DNA of 64,000 nucleotides from the human T2T-CHM13v2.0 reference genome, Homo sapiens: assembly GCF_009914755.1 (NCBI RefSeq), contig NC_060932.1. One strand, 5' to 3'. Below are positions 40,201 through 53,249 of the stretch, one piece after another; within the stretch, counting starts at the first letter, position 1; every line of letters begins with the position of its first letter. The translations under genes and the position numbers were made by a program. Under the pieces are notes generated by a model. It was not told the DNA's origin. It was given only the letters and a program-made list of their open reading frames with translations, and made no database searches.

Positions 40201-41174
40201 TATTTTACTATGCTTATTTTAGTAACCCTGCTTCTCATAAGTTATGTTCCCAAGAAAAGTATCATTGACGCCTATTCTATCAATATTACATGAAACATTT
40301 TTTCTTACATGAAAATAATATTTAAGCTATCCGTAAGAATTCAAGAGACAGTAAAATATAATATAAATGTATCTTTTTATTTTCAATAAATTCTTAAAAT
40401 TATTACTATAGTAGAACATGATAAGGAAAGTAAATTTCTCTAAGATTTTTAACCTGCAATAAGAATTTACCTGTCAGTATAGGCTTGGCTGTAACCCACA
40501 GACAAAATTACATTGATGCAATGAATATCTTTATGTTATTTTAGGAATATCACAGCTTTTTGCAGGATTTTATGGTTTATTACTCTTGTAGTGATTCTTT
40601 TTTCATTTCAAATTGAGGTTTTAATACAATTGTGTATAATTTATAATATTTTATAAATTTATTTTTTAATCAATAAATTATAATTTATTATAATTGAAAC
40701 ACAGGAAAATTTGAAACTATTAAAAACTTTCACTCCATTTTCTTAAGACTGTATCTTCTTAAATTATGTAATTCTTGACATAAGTTTAAGTAACGTTTAA
40801 TCTTTCCTTGTATCTTAATTTTCTTTAAAAAAAAAGACACACTTTTTCAAAAATTTTATCAAAATTTCCAGGTGTACATATTCTAATTTTAGATTATCTT
40901 TTCACTCTACAATGACTCAGAGTAGTATAATTACATTGGTTATCTTTGAATAAATTGAGTGCATAAAAAGAGAGCCCTGTCATCATTTTGTTTTTTTTTT
41001 TGAAACCATATTTGAAGAGAATGAGTTGTCCTTTTTATACCCTGTGGTATAAAGGACGACAATGGTAGGAAGCAGGGAACACTTTTTGTGAATAATTGAT
41101 AAGATTATTTAAATTTAATTGATAATAATTTCAAAGATACTTTTTAAATTTTAGTCAAACCCGTTTTTTACATC

Positions 41175-41490
41175 TTTTTTGAGGTCAGTTTTACTGAGTT
41201 ATAATTTATATCTAGTAAATCTATGTATATTTTGTATACAGTTATGAGTTTGAAAAAAAACATACATTCATGCACACCAATACCGTCAAGATTAAAAATA
41301 TTTCCATCACACCCAAAAAGTTCCTTAGTACTCCTTTTTGTGCAATCTCTTCCTCAACCTCTACTTGGCAGTCATTATTCTGATTTTGCCTATTATTTTT
41401 ATTTTTTAGAATGTTTTAAAAATGAAATTATAGAGCAGGTGGCATTGGTGTCTGGCTTCTTCTCTTTAGACCAAAATGTTTACAAGAGTT
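41175..41490 (-). mobile_element. L1ME/L1MB-type 3' end
   Basis: GTTTTACTGAGTTATAATTTATAT...ATTTCCATCACACCCAAAAAGTTCC. Confidence 0.75.
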
Positions 41491-42204
41491 ATTTATATCT
41501 AGTGTGGTTTATGTGACACAAAAGAGGCTGGGCACTCCATCTTACACTGTTTGAGGAGCAGTCCTAAGGAGAGTAGAGTAAAATGACAAATAAACTCTGA
41601 ATTCTTGATTGTGATGTTGCTAAACCAGTTTTGGGTCTCTTCTCTGTTAGACTCCTTATTATGTGAAATAAGCGTTCATTATATAGACTATTTTACATGG
41701 ATGTTATATCACTTGCTCAAATGCAGAATGAACTACAAACAAAAACGTGCAAACAATGGGTATGAAGAAATAGAAGCTATTTTTTTCAAGTGTTATCTTG
41801 TTTTAGTTGGCAGTGAGCAATATTTGAAGACTTTCAAAAACTATTTAAAACTAAATTGTATGCAAAATATAGTATGTAAATCATCTTCACCTTTGCAATT
41901 TGTTTTCCTCCACCCATACATTTTTTTTCCTACTACCCTCATTTCCTCAATCCTCTGGACACTTTACGGAATCAGAAGAATTTAATCTTAGCATGACTGG
42001 ATTATCAATGACGATTAAAAAAATAGATGTCTTGGACGGATATCTCCTAGAAATATGTCCAGTGATCTTTCTGTGTAGTCAGTCTATTTGTTTCTGTGAA
42101 AGAAAAATTGTGCCATGCTGCTTAGGAAAACTCATGCCAAACAAATTTTATCAATGTTTTGATTAAAGTTTATAGATCTAGGGAGTTCCTTAGGAATGCC
42201 ATTC

Positions 42205-43020
42205 ATCCAGGCTATTATCAAAAAATGAAAATAACAAGCGTTGGTGAGGGTGTGGAGAAAAGGGTACCCTTGCATAGTGTTTGTGGGATTATAAATTACT
42301 ACAGCCATTATGGAAAACTGTATGGAGTTTGCTCACAAAATTAAAAATAGAACTATCATATGATCCCACTACTGGATATATATCAAAAGAAAATTAAATT
42401 CGTATTTTGAAGAGATACCTGTGCTCCCACATTTATTACAGCCTTACTTGCAGTAGCCAATATAGAGAGTCAACCTAAGTGCTCATTAAAGATTTGATGA
42501 ATAAAGTAAAAGTGGAATATATAAACAATGCAATACTACTGAGCCTTTAAAAAGAAGAAAATTTTATGATACGTGACAACATGGATAAACTTGGAGAACA
42601 ATTATGTTAAGTTAAATCAGCCAGGCATAGAAGTACAAATATTCCATGATTTCACTTATTTGTGGAATCTAAAAATTTTGAGAATCATAGAAGCAGAAAA
42701 TAGAATGATAATTACCAGAGATTGGTGGTAGGAAAGATTGGAGCGATGTCATTCAAAGGGTACAAATTTTAGTTAGGAAGAGTAGGTTTGGAAGATCTAT
42801 TGTATATCATGGTGACTGTAAATTATAACAGTATATTGTATACTTGAAAATTGCTAATATAATACATTGTAAGTGTTCCCACCACAAAATAACCACAAGT
42901 ATGTGAGGTCATGCATATGTTACATAGCTTGACTTAGGCGTTCGGCAATGTACACATATGTTAAAACACTGTGTTGTACACCATGAATTTATAAAAATTT
43001 TAGTTGTCAATTAAAAAAAT
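42205..43020 (+). mobile_element. L1MA6-8-type 3' end (ORF2 end and 3'UTR)
   Basis: AATAACAAGCGTTGGTGAGGGTGTGGAGAAAAGG...TTGAAAATTGCTAA...GTTGTACACCATGAA...CAATTAAAAAAA. Confidence 0.88.
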
Positions 43021-43831
43021 ACATATTCATCCAAAAGAGCATTTGGCAACGTTTCTCATGTTTCACTTGAGAATAAGGTGGTAAATCTTATTTTCCATTC
43101 ATTGTATGATTATAAGAGTAGCATGAAATGTTATGATTCCCTTGCCCACATGGAGGAGGTTTCTAAGAGCTTTATTTAGTACTTTTCTTAATCATTTCTT
43201 TTTTTGTGAAAACTGTTAACATTTCTTCTAAAGAATAAATTGAACTTAAGCTTATACAATTCACAACTGACAAAATATACACACAAAGAAGCATAAACTT
43301 GGTAAAACATTAAAGATTGTTTTTACAGATAAAGTATTTTTAAAGGATTTAGCATACAGGCCCAAAAGTCACACACACAAATAGGATTTATTAGCAAATA
43401 ATTCAATTTTTTGTACTTAATTTCTAAGGCAGCTACTTGAATATGAATGTAAAAAAATATAGTTTGAGGGAGTTTCTGGAAAATAAATTTAAGGATTTTG
43501 TTTACCCTTCCCCTATGTTACGGCATAATCTCTTAAAATATATAAAAGTTGAAAGTATATATAGAAATACAATCTCCATATTGTGGTAAGAGATTGACCA
43601 AGGAGATTGAAACTGTTACTCATTAGATAAACATGTTTCAATTCTGAGTGCTACAGTCTAAAAAAAATGAGAAATTATTGTGTATTAAAAAATGATTTAG
43701 TTATATTTTTATAATTCTCACTTGGACTCTCCAAAAGTCTCTTATTAATTATATCGAATCTTTTTAATCTGACAATGTTTTGTACATCCTTTGAGGGTCT
43801 AGAGGTCAGAGACAAAAGAAGAAAGAGTCAC

Positions 43832-44480
43832 TTTTTTTTTTTTTTACTTTTTAAAATTATACCTTAAGTTCTGGGATACATGTGCAGAATGTTCAGGTTT
43901 GTTACATAGGTATACACGTGCCATGGTTGTTTGCTGCACCCATCGACCCGTCATCTACGTTAGGTATTTCTTCTATTGCTATCCCTCTCCTAGCCTCCCA
44001 CCCCGTAACAGGCCCTGGTGTGTGATGCTCCCCTCCCTGTGTCCATGTGTTCTCATTGTTCTACTCCCACTTACGAGTGAGAACATGCAGTGTTTGTTTT
44101 TCTGCTCCTATGTTACTTGGCTGAGAATGATGCTTTCCAGCTTCATCTGTGTCCCTGCAAAGGACATGAACTCATTCTTTTTTATGGCTGCATAGTATTC
44201 CATGGTGTATATGTGCCACATTTTCTTTATCCAGTCTATCACTGATGGGCATTTGGGTTGATTGCAAGTCTTTACTATTGTTAGCAGTGCTGCAATAAAC
44301 ATACGTGTGCATGTGTCTTTATAGTAGAATGATTTATAATCCTCTGGGTATATACCCAGTAATGGGATTGCTGGGTCAAATGGTATTTCTCGCTCTAGAT
44401 CCTTGAGGAATCACCACACTGTCTTCCACAATGGTTGAACTAATTTACACTCCCACCAACAGTGTAACAGTGTTCCTATT
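43832..44480 (-). mobile_element. 5'-truncated L1PA7/8-type inserted in an MLT1E LTR
   Basis: Poly-T, TTAAGTTCTGGGATACATGTGCAGAA; TSD GAAAGAG(T/A)CA(C/G)TTTT at 43821 and 44481. Confidence 0.93.
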
Positions 44481-44853
44481 GAAAGAGACAGTTTTCTATT
44501 GGCCTTGAAGAAACAAACTGCCATGCTGTAAGAGGGTCCTATGATAAAGAATGGTAGGCAGCCTCTGAAAGCTACAAAATACAAGGAACTAGATATTGCC
44601 AAAAATCATTTACCCTGGAAGAGGACACCAAACCTCAGATAAGATCACAGTCCTGGCTCTGAGACCAGAATCCTGGAAAAGGGGAACTGTCAGACTTTAT
44701 TGCTGCCAAGTTTCAAGGTGACAGTAGTTTTAGCTGCAATCCAGCTTAGCCATCCCTGGACTTCTGCCCCATAGAAACTGAGATTATAAGCATCTGGTAT
44801 TATAAGCTTCTAATTTTGTGGTAACTTTTTTTTGCAGTGACAGAAATTAATAC
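44481..44853 (+). mobile_element. MLT1E-type MaLR LTR, 3' part
   Basis: TGGCCTTGAAGAAACAAACTGCCATG...GACTTCTGCCCCATAGAAACTGAGA...TTGTGGTAAC...TAATACA. Confidence 0.75.
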
Positions 44854-44897
44854 AGTCACAGTGTGGTGAAAAAGCAGAACCAATACTAATATTGCCA

Positions 44898-45390
44898 ATT
44901 CATTCATTAATTCATTCATTAACTCATTTTGTATTTACTAATTATCTATTATGTACCAGTCATTTTACTAGAAACAATGATGAGCAAAAAATTATACACT
45001 GCAGTCCCTACTTTAAAGAGACATGGAATGTAACACAAAACAAATGTAAATTATATAGTCACAATTATAAAAAGCTGATATATGGGCTCTAATGTTAGAG
45101 TATGGATTTTCTTGTTGCCCATATATAACAAAGAACCTCTTCTAAGTTCAAGATTCAGGCAGTAATGTTTAACCAGAGATTGGAAGGATTGTTTGGAAAG
45201 AACCCTCTACAAAGAAAGGTATGGTTACATGGCTACTTCATTAGATCAAGGTCCTTCTTCCATTGTAGCCTGTTCCCATTAGACAACAAATTTCCTTGAA
45301 TACAGAAATTGTATCTTGTTTTATTTTATTTACAGAGTCTAGTACATAAGATGCTCACTATACACTGAACAAATAAACAGGTGAGTGAAT
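44898..45390. mobile_element. Two L2 3'-end fragments in opposite orientation (44898-45200 minus; 45270-45390 plus)
   Basis: (TTCA)n antisense tail at 44898; CCATTAGAC...TTCCTTGAA...TGCTCACTATACACTGAACAAATAAA sense tail. Confidence 0.6.
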
Positions 45391-46192
45391 CATTGATACT
45401 ACAAGAAAGGAGGATGTGGCTGTGTGTATAAGAAAGGTGTGTCACATCACAGAACTGGCCAGTGATGAAACAGACTGCCCTTCATAGAAAATAGCTGGAT
45501 CCCAATTATATGAAGTCTAATCAGACACTGTATGATCATCACTCAAGAGCACTGAGAATATAGTGAGACGGCTATTAAATCAATTCTAGTTCTCAGCATC
45601 TGCTTACTCCTCGGAGTGATAAATAGAAATTATGATAGACAGGATGGGGTGTCTTTATGCAAATCAGAAACAGCAACTGGAGAAGGGGAACTTTCACAGG
45701 ATGAGACTTGGGCCAGAATAAAATGTATTACCAAATAGTGATAGCATAGAAATATAAAAGAACACTTTTGACACCGAAAAGAAAATCAGGTTATTTTACC
45801 TTAACAGAGTTTGAATAAAGCAGTGCATGTAAAGGAATGATGAATTACCTGGACATAAAGATTACCATTGCAAAGGATTATCAAACTCTCTGAGTCCCGT
45901 TCTCAAAAGAGAAAAGCTTCCAAGATGTGTAAACAGTTTTTACATGCATGCTTCTTTTAGGGTGGACAAATAGTCCTCAGGATTCAAAGAATCTGAGGAC
46001 ATGACCTTTTTCTGTGTCATAACTCAAATTTCAAACTGGAGTAGAAAGATCAGGCACAAGCTATGCAACCAGAAGCAATGGTGGGTCAGCCTTTGTGGTT
46101 AAAACTTTTAGCAGACTTTTTCTGCCTTAATCCCCAGTGCAGATAGTACTATGTAGGTATCAAAAGATTCCACTAGACCAAAATGATTTGTT

Positions 46193-46244
46193 TGACTATA
46201 TGTATGATCAAAAGAACATGACTACATGTATGATCAAAAGAACA
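46193..46244. repeat. 26-bp tandem duplication
   Basis: TGACTA(T/C)ATGTATGATCAAAAGAACA x2, one mismatch. Confidence 0.9.
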
Positions 46245-46491
46245 ATCTTATTTTGGATTTGTTCTGGATGTTTGGTTGAGGTGGTAGACAATGTTAATAA
46301 GATAAATACATGTTCTAATTATTGCTTAGGTACTATAATTTATCATGGATGGCTCATATTACAATTTGAGGTAACAATTATGTAAATATAAAAGACACTA
46401 TGAACATCAAAATAAAAAATATTGACACAAAATCTAATTAACAATATCTCTCAATGAAAGTCTATATTTAGTAGTAAGAATTGAGCTCCCT

Positions 46492-46593
46492 GAATGGCGT
46501 GAACCCAGGAGGCGGAGCTTGCAGTGAGCAGAGATCTGCCACAGCACTCCAACCTGGGTGACAGAGCAAAACTCTGTCTCAAAAAAAAAAAAG
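46492..46593 (+). mobile_element. 5'-truncated AluY-like right-arm fragment
   Basis: GAATGGCGTGAACCC..GAGGCGGAGCTTGCAG (AluY diagnostics), poly-A. Confidence 0.85.
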
Positions 46594-46964
46594 AGCTCAG
46601 AGGAAAAGTTCATGATGCTTAGTCAAGTTCAGTTAGGATATAACTTAAAATAGTCACTCAAGGATCCCATACTGATTTTGTCTGTGGTTCACTTCTATAG
46701 GTTTCTAGACTTGATTTTTCAGTGTACTCCATGTTTAGTAGGCTAGGAATATTTACTGCCACTATGTAAACTCAAAAAGTATTAATCTCAAGAACAAATA
46801 ATTGTAAATTTATCTGCCTAGAATTAAAACTACATAAACAAAATTTAGGAATTAGGTATTTATTGATATTTTCTATTGATTCATTTTTTTTTCCTTATGG
46901 GAACATACACCTAAGAAACCAAATAAAATTTCTTAACATTGTTGAAAATAATATTTTACAGTTT

Positions 46965-47170
46965 CGATATTTTTTTGAGTGCCAGATACATGCCAGGAAC
47001 AGTAGGGTGACATGATCCTTACACCAAGCTTGTAGATTAAATATCCGTGCCCTTGCTTTGTGGATGGAGAAACTAGCTGAAGGAGGGTAAGTAAATTTCT
47101 AGTGATTACAGGCTAGCAGGTAGCAGAAATACTATTTGTGCTCAGGGCTGTTTTCAAAGGCCATAACACT
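46965..47170 (-). mobile_element. MIR
   Basis: TTTGAGTGCC...ATGCCAGG...GGAGAAACT..GCT...GCTAGCAGGTAGCAGA. Confidence 0.5.
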
Positions 47171-47574
47171 TTCACCGAACTCCTCTGCATATACAGATGG
47201 TCACAATAAAATACATAATGTGTACTAATTCACAAACCTTCAAAGTAATAGTCTTAGTAATGCATACACCTAATTTATACAACTATGTAACTCCCAATGT
47301 CGTAATGAAAATATCTGCATTCAGAATTTTTCCTTCTGTTCAGTCTTCTCCAAGAATTTTAAGTTTTCTTGAATTATATTTGCATTATAAATGTATATAT
47401 TGTTGTGGTTTTCCATAACAGTGACAGTGAGGATACATTTTTGTAAGAAAGAAAACTATCATCAGCTTTTAAAGTTTGAAATGTGTTCAAAATATCTTAA
47501 TATTTACCTTCACTTACAGTCATACTTTGTATAAGATACAGCTTTACATATGTATATGTTAGCCAGAAGTAGTT

Positions 47575-48070
47575 AGCTATAACTTGAAGTTCAGAGAAGT
47601 CTAAATGGAAGATTCTGAATTAGGAATCACCAAAATGTCGGTGGCAACTGAAGCCACATTCCTGGACAGGGTCAGGGGTTGTAGTCTGAGAAGATAAATT
47701 ACCGTAAGTTGAAACACACAAACATTTAAAGAACTGGTGGGGAAAGTTAGACAAAAAAGTACTGGAAAAGAATCACTTAGGGAAAAAAAATAAAGAGAAA
47801 GGGTGAGACACTCTAAGAAAAGAGTCTTTTCAAAAGAAGGTTAAAAGCTGCTGGGATGTCTACTGATTTTATAAACAGGGAGGCTAAGGGTGAGCTACAG
47901 AGGAATATTTTGGTGGCAAGATGGGAAAAGAAACCCAATTTTAGTGTGATAAGGAGTGAGTGATTGGTGAATAAATTAGAGTGGAAAGCTTAGGAAACGA
48001 AGTCAACAATGATAGCTATAAATGTAGGTAAGAACTAGAAATTTGACTGTTGGAGGAAGTGAATAAGGGA
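47575..48070 (-). mobile_element. L2 fragment
   Basis: TTGAAGTTCAGAGAAG..., GAATTAGGAATCACC..., CAACTGAAGCCA antisense L2 motifs. Confidence 0.55.
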
Positions 48071-48946
48071 AGGTTGTCCATAATTACTTTAATTTACTTT
48101 TTAAATTATTTTTTATATTAAAGATGTTGCAAACTCATAATCCAAGGGAAAAATTTTTTAGTGAAGATATTAAAATTACAGTTGAAAGAAGCACTAAAAA
48201 TGGGGTCATTTTGGATGTTATGGGAGGCAAATATTAAGTAGAAAAACATTTAAACTATATCTATAAAATGTAATTATCCTTTCTCATTTCCTTCATCCAC
48301 ACCCAAAGAAAAACTAAGTATAACATAATTTCTTCTTGTCTTTATTAGAATGAACAAACCAGGGCCCTTTTCTGTAATAAGCAAGAAGTAGGCTACTAAT
48401 AGGACATTTATTACACTTGCTTATTCATCAAGGCAATTGATAGGTATAAAAACAAACAAGTAATATTTTACACAGAAATGAGAATTACTATTTTTATAGG
48501 AAATGATAGACAACTTGCTAAATGAGGAAACGTTTCCTTCTTCCATATGGATTTAGATTCGCCCATATCTGCACCTTAGTTTCTGGCTTCAGATGACATA
48601 TCTGTGCATGAGCTAATGATTTCACTAATTAGAGAAATGAACATATTCTCAGCTCTTACATGTGAAAATAACCATGAAGATCGGTTCATGGCCATCTTTA
48701 ATGGTGGAGTTTCAGAATTTATTCTACCATCACCACCTCAACCTTCTGCTCCATACCACCCGAGGTCCCTCACTCCACCTGACACTCATAAATCTACAAG
48801 ACTTTGGTAACAATGGGCATCACCATTTGCGAAGTCAAGGCAAAAATATTCTAGACTCTAATTGTGGGAAATGAGTAAAGAAAATAGATTCAGGCAATAC
48901 AATTTGCTCCTATGTTATGTGGTTGGGTGTTCTTCAGAAGTGAGTA

Positions 48947-49060
48947 AGGCAGGAGAATCGCTTGAACCCTGGAGACGCAAGTTGCAGTGAACTGAGTTGG
49001 ACCCACTGCACTCCAGCCTGGGCGACAGAGTGAGACTAGGTCTCAAAAAAAAAAAAAAAA
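48947..49060 (+). mobile_element. 5'-truncated Alu right-arm fragment
   Basis: AGGCAGGAGAATCGCTTGAACCC...CACTGCACTCCAGCCTGGGCGACAGAG, poly-A. Confidence 0.9.
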
Positions 49061-49828
49061 GGGTAGCGGGGATAAGAATTTATACAGTGAGATTTAATGA
49101 AAGATTCACTTTGGATATAGGAGCACAACCTAAGAGTGAAGAACCAAGTAAAGCCCTGAGAGAGAGAGAATGGTGGCACTCACCTTGGGAATAAAGATCA
49201 AAGGTGTTTCCCTTGAGCTCTAAGGGAACATGATTTTGTCAAGAGTTTATCATTTTATTTCCTTTGCTGCAATAGCCTTTTACAGTGTAACAATTAGTGA
49301 TTAAACCAGATCCTTTCCTGGCTGCAGTCTTGAGGAATCTAAAGAAGATAGAATAATAATTGGAAATATGTTCTCCTAATTCTGTTTGGCTCCGTGGAAC
49401 TTGATCAAAAGCAAACAGAAAAGAAGCGAAAAATAAGTGGCCAATATATTTGCAGCCCAATTGAGGTTGACATGCAAAACTGAAGATGAGGCCGTGGGAA
49501 TCAGTGGAAGGAGGGAGGAAAATTATTGTAGATGACTAAGTCTAAGAACAAAAAGACAAAAATCATGACGTGAAATAGAAATTTTGTTTCTTATGGTAAG
49601 AAATTCATAAGAATAGGTACTTTGAAATGAGTAATAATGGTTGGGAGTTAAATGTGTAAAACCAAGATAAAACAGATCCAATTTCTGGTTATTTTGGAAC
49701 AAAGGAAGCAAAAGAATGATTACTTTTACTTGTAAAAACAGTGGAAATAAATGCCTTCAGCAAGAATCTAGGTTTCACTTTAAGCCAGAAGCATAAGAAG
49801 TTGGTCACTGAAAAATGGATGATATAGA

Positions 49829-50248
49829 TGTAGCTGGCAGAATAATGGCCCTGAATCTGTGAATGTTTCCTTACATGGCAAAAGGGACTTTGAAGATATG
49901 ATTAAGATTAAAGACCTAGAGACAAGATTACCCTGGATTATCCAGGTTGGCCCAATCTAATCACTTGAGTTCAAAAGCAGCAAATATTATGACTGCAGAG
50001 AAACGGTTTAGAGAAATTTGACTTTGCTGTCTTTGAGGATGGAGGTAATTGACCATGTGGACAACCTCTAAAAGCTGAAAAAATCGAGGAAGCAAAGTCT
50101 CCCCTCGAACTTCCAGAAAGGAATGCAGCCTCTCCATCACACCTTGATTTTAGGACTCCTGACCTCCAAAACTATGAGATGATAAATTGTTGTTGTTTTA
50201 AGCACTATTTATGGTGGTTTGTTATGTCAGCTATGAAAAACTGATACA
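49829..50248 (+). mobile_element. MLT1D-type MaLR solo LTR
   Basis: GGCAGAATAATGGCCC...CCTTACATGGCAAAAGGGACTTTG...CTGGATTATCCAGG...CTGACCTCCAAAACT...AACTGATACA. Confidence 0.85.
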
Positions 50249-50726
50249 TAGAGAGATTTATCATGGAATGGAGGGGGGTATAGAATGCAAAGTAACATAA
50301 GGATAGTTGTGCCCATTGCATAAATCTGTTTTGAGAATCAGTGAGATGGAAATATATAAATCACTTAAAATGATCACTGGAACATGGGCTTTCAGAATAG
50401 GTAGTTATTATTTGATTATTTATTGCAGGTACTATGAATCAAGCAATGTGGTAGGCACTGCTGATTAAATGCTGGAAAAATTATACATGGAATTATTCCC
50501 ATGCCACTTACACTTAGTTTTCTGAAAATAAAGTCAATTAGTTCTAGGTAATTAGGCAGTCTCCTGGTGAAATAAAAGCAGAATTGCAGACACCCCCTCC
50601 AAAAATAAGTTTTGTTTTGTTTTTTATTCTTTGAGTCCTAGTTTATTCATTTATAAATGGAACTTAACAAGGACCAAACTTTCAATGCCAAAGCAATTGA
50701 CATGAAATGTTTTAAAAACGGGTTTA

Positions 50727-51155
<429 letters not shown>

Positions 51156-52037
51156 CCATGAAGGACTGAATGTACTTTGTGGTGAAAAATATAGCAACTA
51201 TTCTCGTCTTTATCACTCTATTTTTGGCTACATTCAGAAGGGGAATAGAGATGTTGTAATCAACATGAGGTAATTCAAGCTTTTCACATTATTAGCCGTG
51301 GAGTCTGTTAAGCAACCCATTTATTTGTGGAGCTGCCATGGCTTCACAATTAAGGGGAAACACTAAAATCAAGGAAGTCTTTCTTAGTAATTTGTTGAGG
51401 ATCAATTTAATTGTCCTTTGGCACTCAGTGCTACTGAAACTCAATAAGTAGTTCACTTGGAGGAAATTTGATGACGAATAAAACCAATAGAAAAACAAGA
51501 TAGTCACTGTTAGTCACTATTCAGCTTTTGTCCCAAGGATAATGCTATCATGTTGTGTCTAAATTAAATGTCACAAGTTGGAATAATTCAAATATAAAAA
51601 TAAGAATTCCAATAATCTATTCAACTATATTCAATACATTTTCTGAGCAAAAATTATGTTTTATGCACAAAGATGAATTAGGAACAATTCCTACTCAAAG
51701 AATAATAATAGTTGCTGTAATTTCTACACTGTTTTGCAGTTTGTAAAACATTATTTATGTGTTATTTTATTTGAAAGTATTAAAATCTTGTGGTATAGGA
51801 ATATGCATGAAAAACCCACTTTCTTAAGGATACAAGAAAACTATAGGAGTACAGGAGGGTTATCAGTGATTTTGGCTGGGCAGTTATTCAATGGCTTAAC
51901 TGAAGATGAAAAATCTTCAGTTATGCTAGTAGGAGTAGGAGTTAAAAAATAAAATCTGTTATTCTATAAACAAAATAGGTGCTGCTATTTCAAATAACTG
52001 AATTGTAGTGTACTTAGTGTTCTTAATCAGAATTTTC

Positions 52038-52364
52038 TTTTTCTTTTTGTGGACACTAATTTGTACAAGAGTATATTAAAAAGAAATTTGCATGGGGGAA
52101 TAAAGGAAGCAAATAAACTGAAACATTAATAATAAAAAATGTCTGCATTCTAGTATTGTCTGCTTTTACTTACTTTTTAAATTGACTAACAAAAATTGTA
52201 CATATTTATGATTACAACATGATGTTTTGATATATGTATACATCATTAAACAGCTAAATCAAGCTAATTAACACACATTGTTACTTCTCATACTTCTTTG
52301 TAGTAAGAATGCAAAATCTACTCTCAGTAATGTTCAGGTATAAAATACATTGTTATTAACTATC
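52038..52364 (-). mobile_element. 5'-truncated L1MA 3' end (52170-52364) plus ~130 bp extra sequence inside one TSD pair
   Basis: TSD AATCAGAATTTTC at 52025-52037 and 52365-52377; L1MA motifs AAAATTGTACATATTTATG, CTAAATCAAGCTAATTAACA, AAAATCTACTCTC. Confidence 0.75.
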
Positions 52365-52377
52365 AATCAGAATTTTC

Positions 52378-53230
52378 AATGTGTAAGTTGCATATAACAA
52401 ATTCAACAATTTTAAATGTACAATTGTATGAGTTTGAAAGCATGATATGAAATATTTCTACCACTGCAAAATGTTTCTTCATGACCTATTGCAGTCAACC
52501 CCTCCCCTCCACTGCTCCTGGTAACCATTGCTCTGCTTTCTGATAATATAGTTACCTTTTCCAGAATGTCACATAAATAAATCATAGAATTTTTAGTCTT
52601 GTATCTGGCCTCTTAGCATTTTGAGTTCTATCTTTGTTGTTGAGTGTATTAGTAGTTAATCAGCGGTTAATTGCTTTTAAAGCTGTGCAAAATTCTGTTG
52701 CAAGGATATACCACAATTTGTCAACTCTCAAGTTGATAAAGGCTTATTTTTCAGTATTTGGATGTTATAAATAAAGCTGTTATGAATATCCAGATATGAG
52801 CCTTCATGTGAACACATCTTTTCATTGACCTTGAGTAAATCCTTAAGGAAGGATTTCTGTGTCTTATAAGGAACTGCTAAAGTGTTTTGCAAAGTGTCTA
52901 TATCATTTTGCTTTCATACCAGCCACATGTGAGACTTCTTGAATTTTATCTTCAATATTTGTGGGTGTTAGCTATTTTGATTTATATTTAGTGGTATCTC
53001 ATTGTGGTTTTACTTTGCATTTCTCTAATGAATAGTAAGCATCCTTTTTGAAATCTGCTTATTTCTTAATCTTACATTCTTTTCTAAGTTTTTGCAGATT
53101 TTTCTTTTAAATTGAGTTGTTTATATTCTCCTTGTTGAGTTCAATGTCTCATATATTCTGGACAGGAGTCCTTTTGAAGAATATATTCATAAGAGTTATA
53201 TCTGATAGTCTGATGCTTGTCTTTTGTATT
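52378..53230 (-). mobile_element. L1MB/L1ME-type 3' region
   Basis: TTTTAAATGTACAATT..ATGAGTTTG, GGATATACCACAATTTG, GTGGTATCTCATTGTGGTTTT; appears to resume near 53690. Confidence 0.8.
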
Positions 53231-53249
53231 GTAGTTTGTTATTTTTTTA

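Noticed and set aside
41223-42166. ORFs of 97-126 aa
   Set aside because: Partly antisense L1, biased AT-rich composition, no recognisable domain or exon structure
46193-46244. Short direct repeats as a CRISPR-like array (also 56149-56195 and 26678-26716)
   Set aside because: Only two or three adjacent units, no spacers, eukaryotic context
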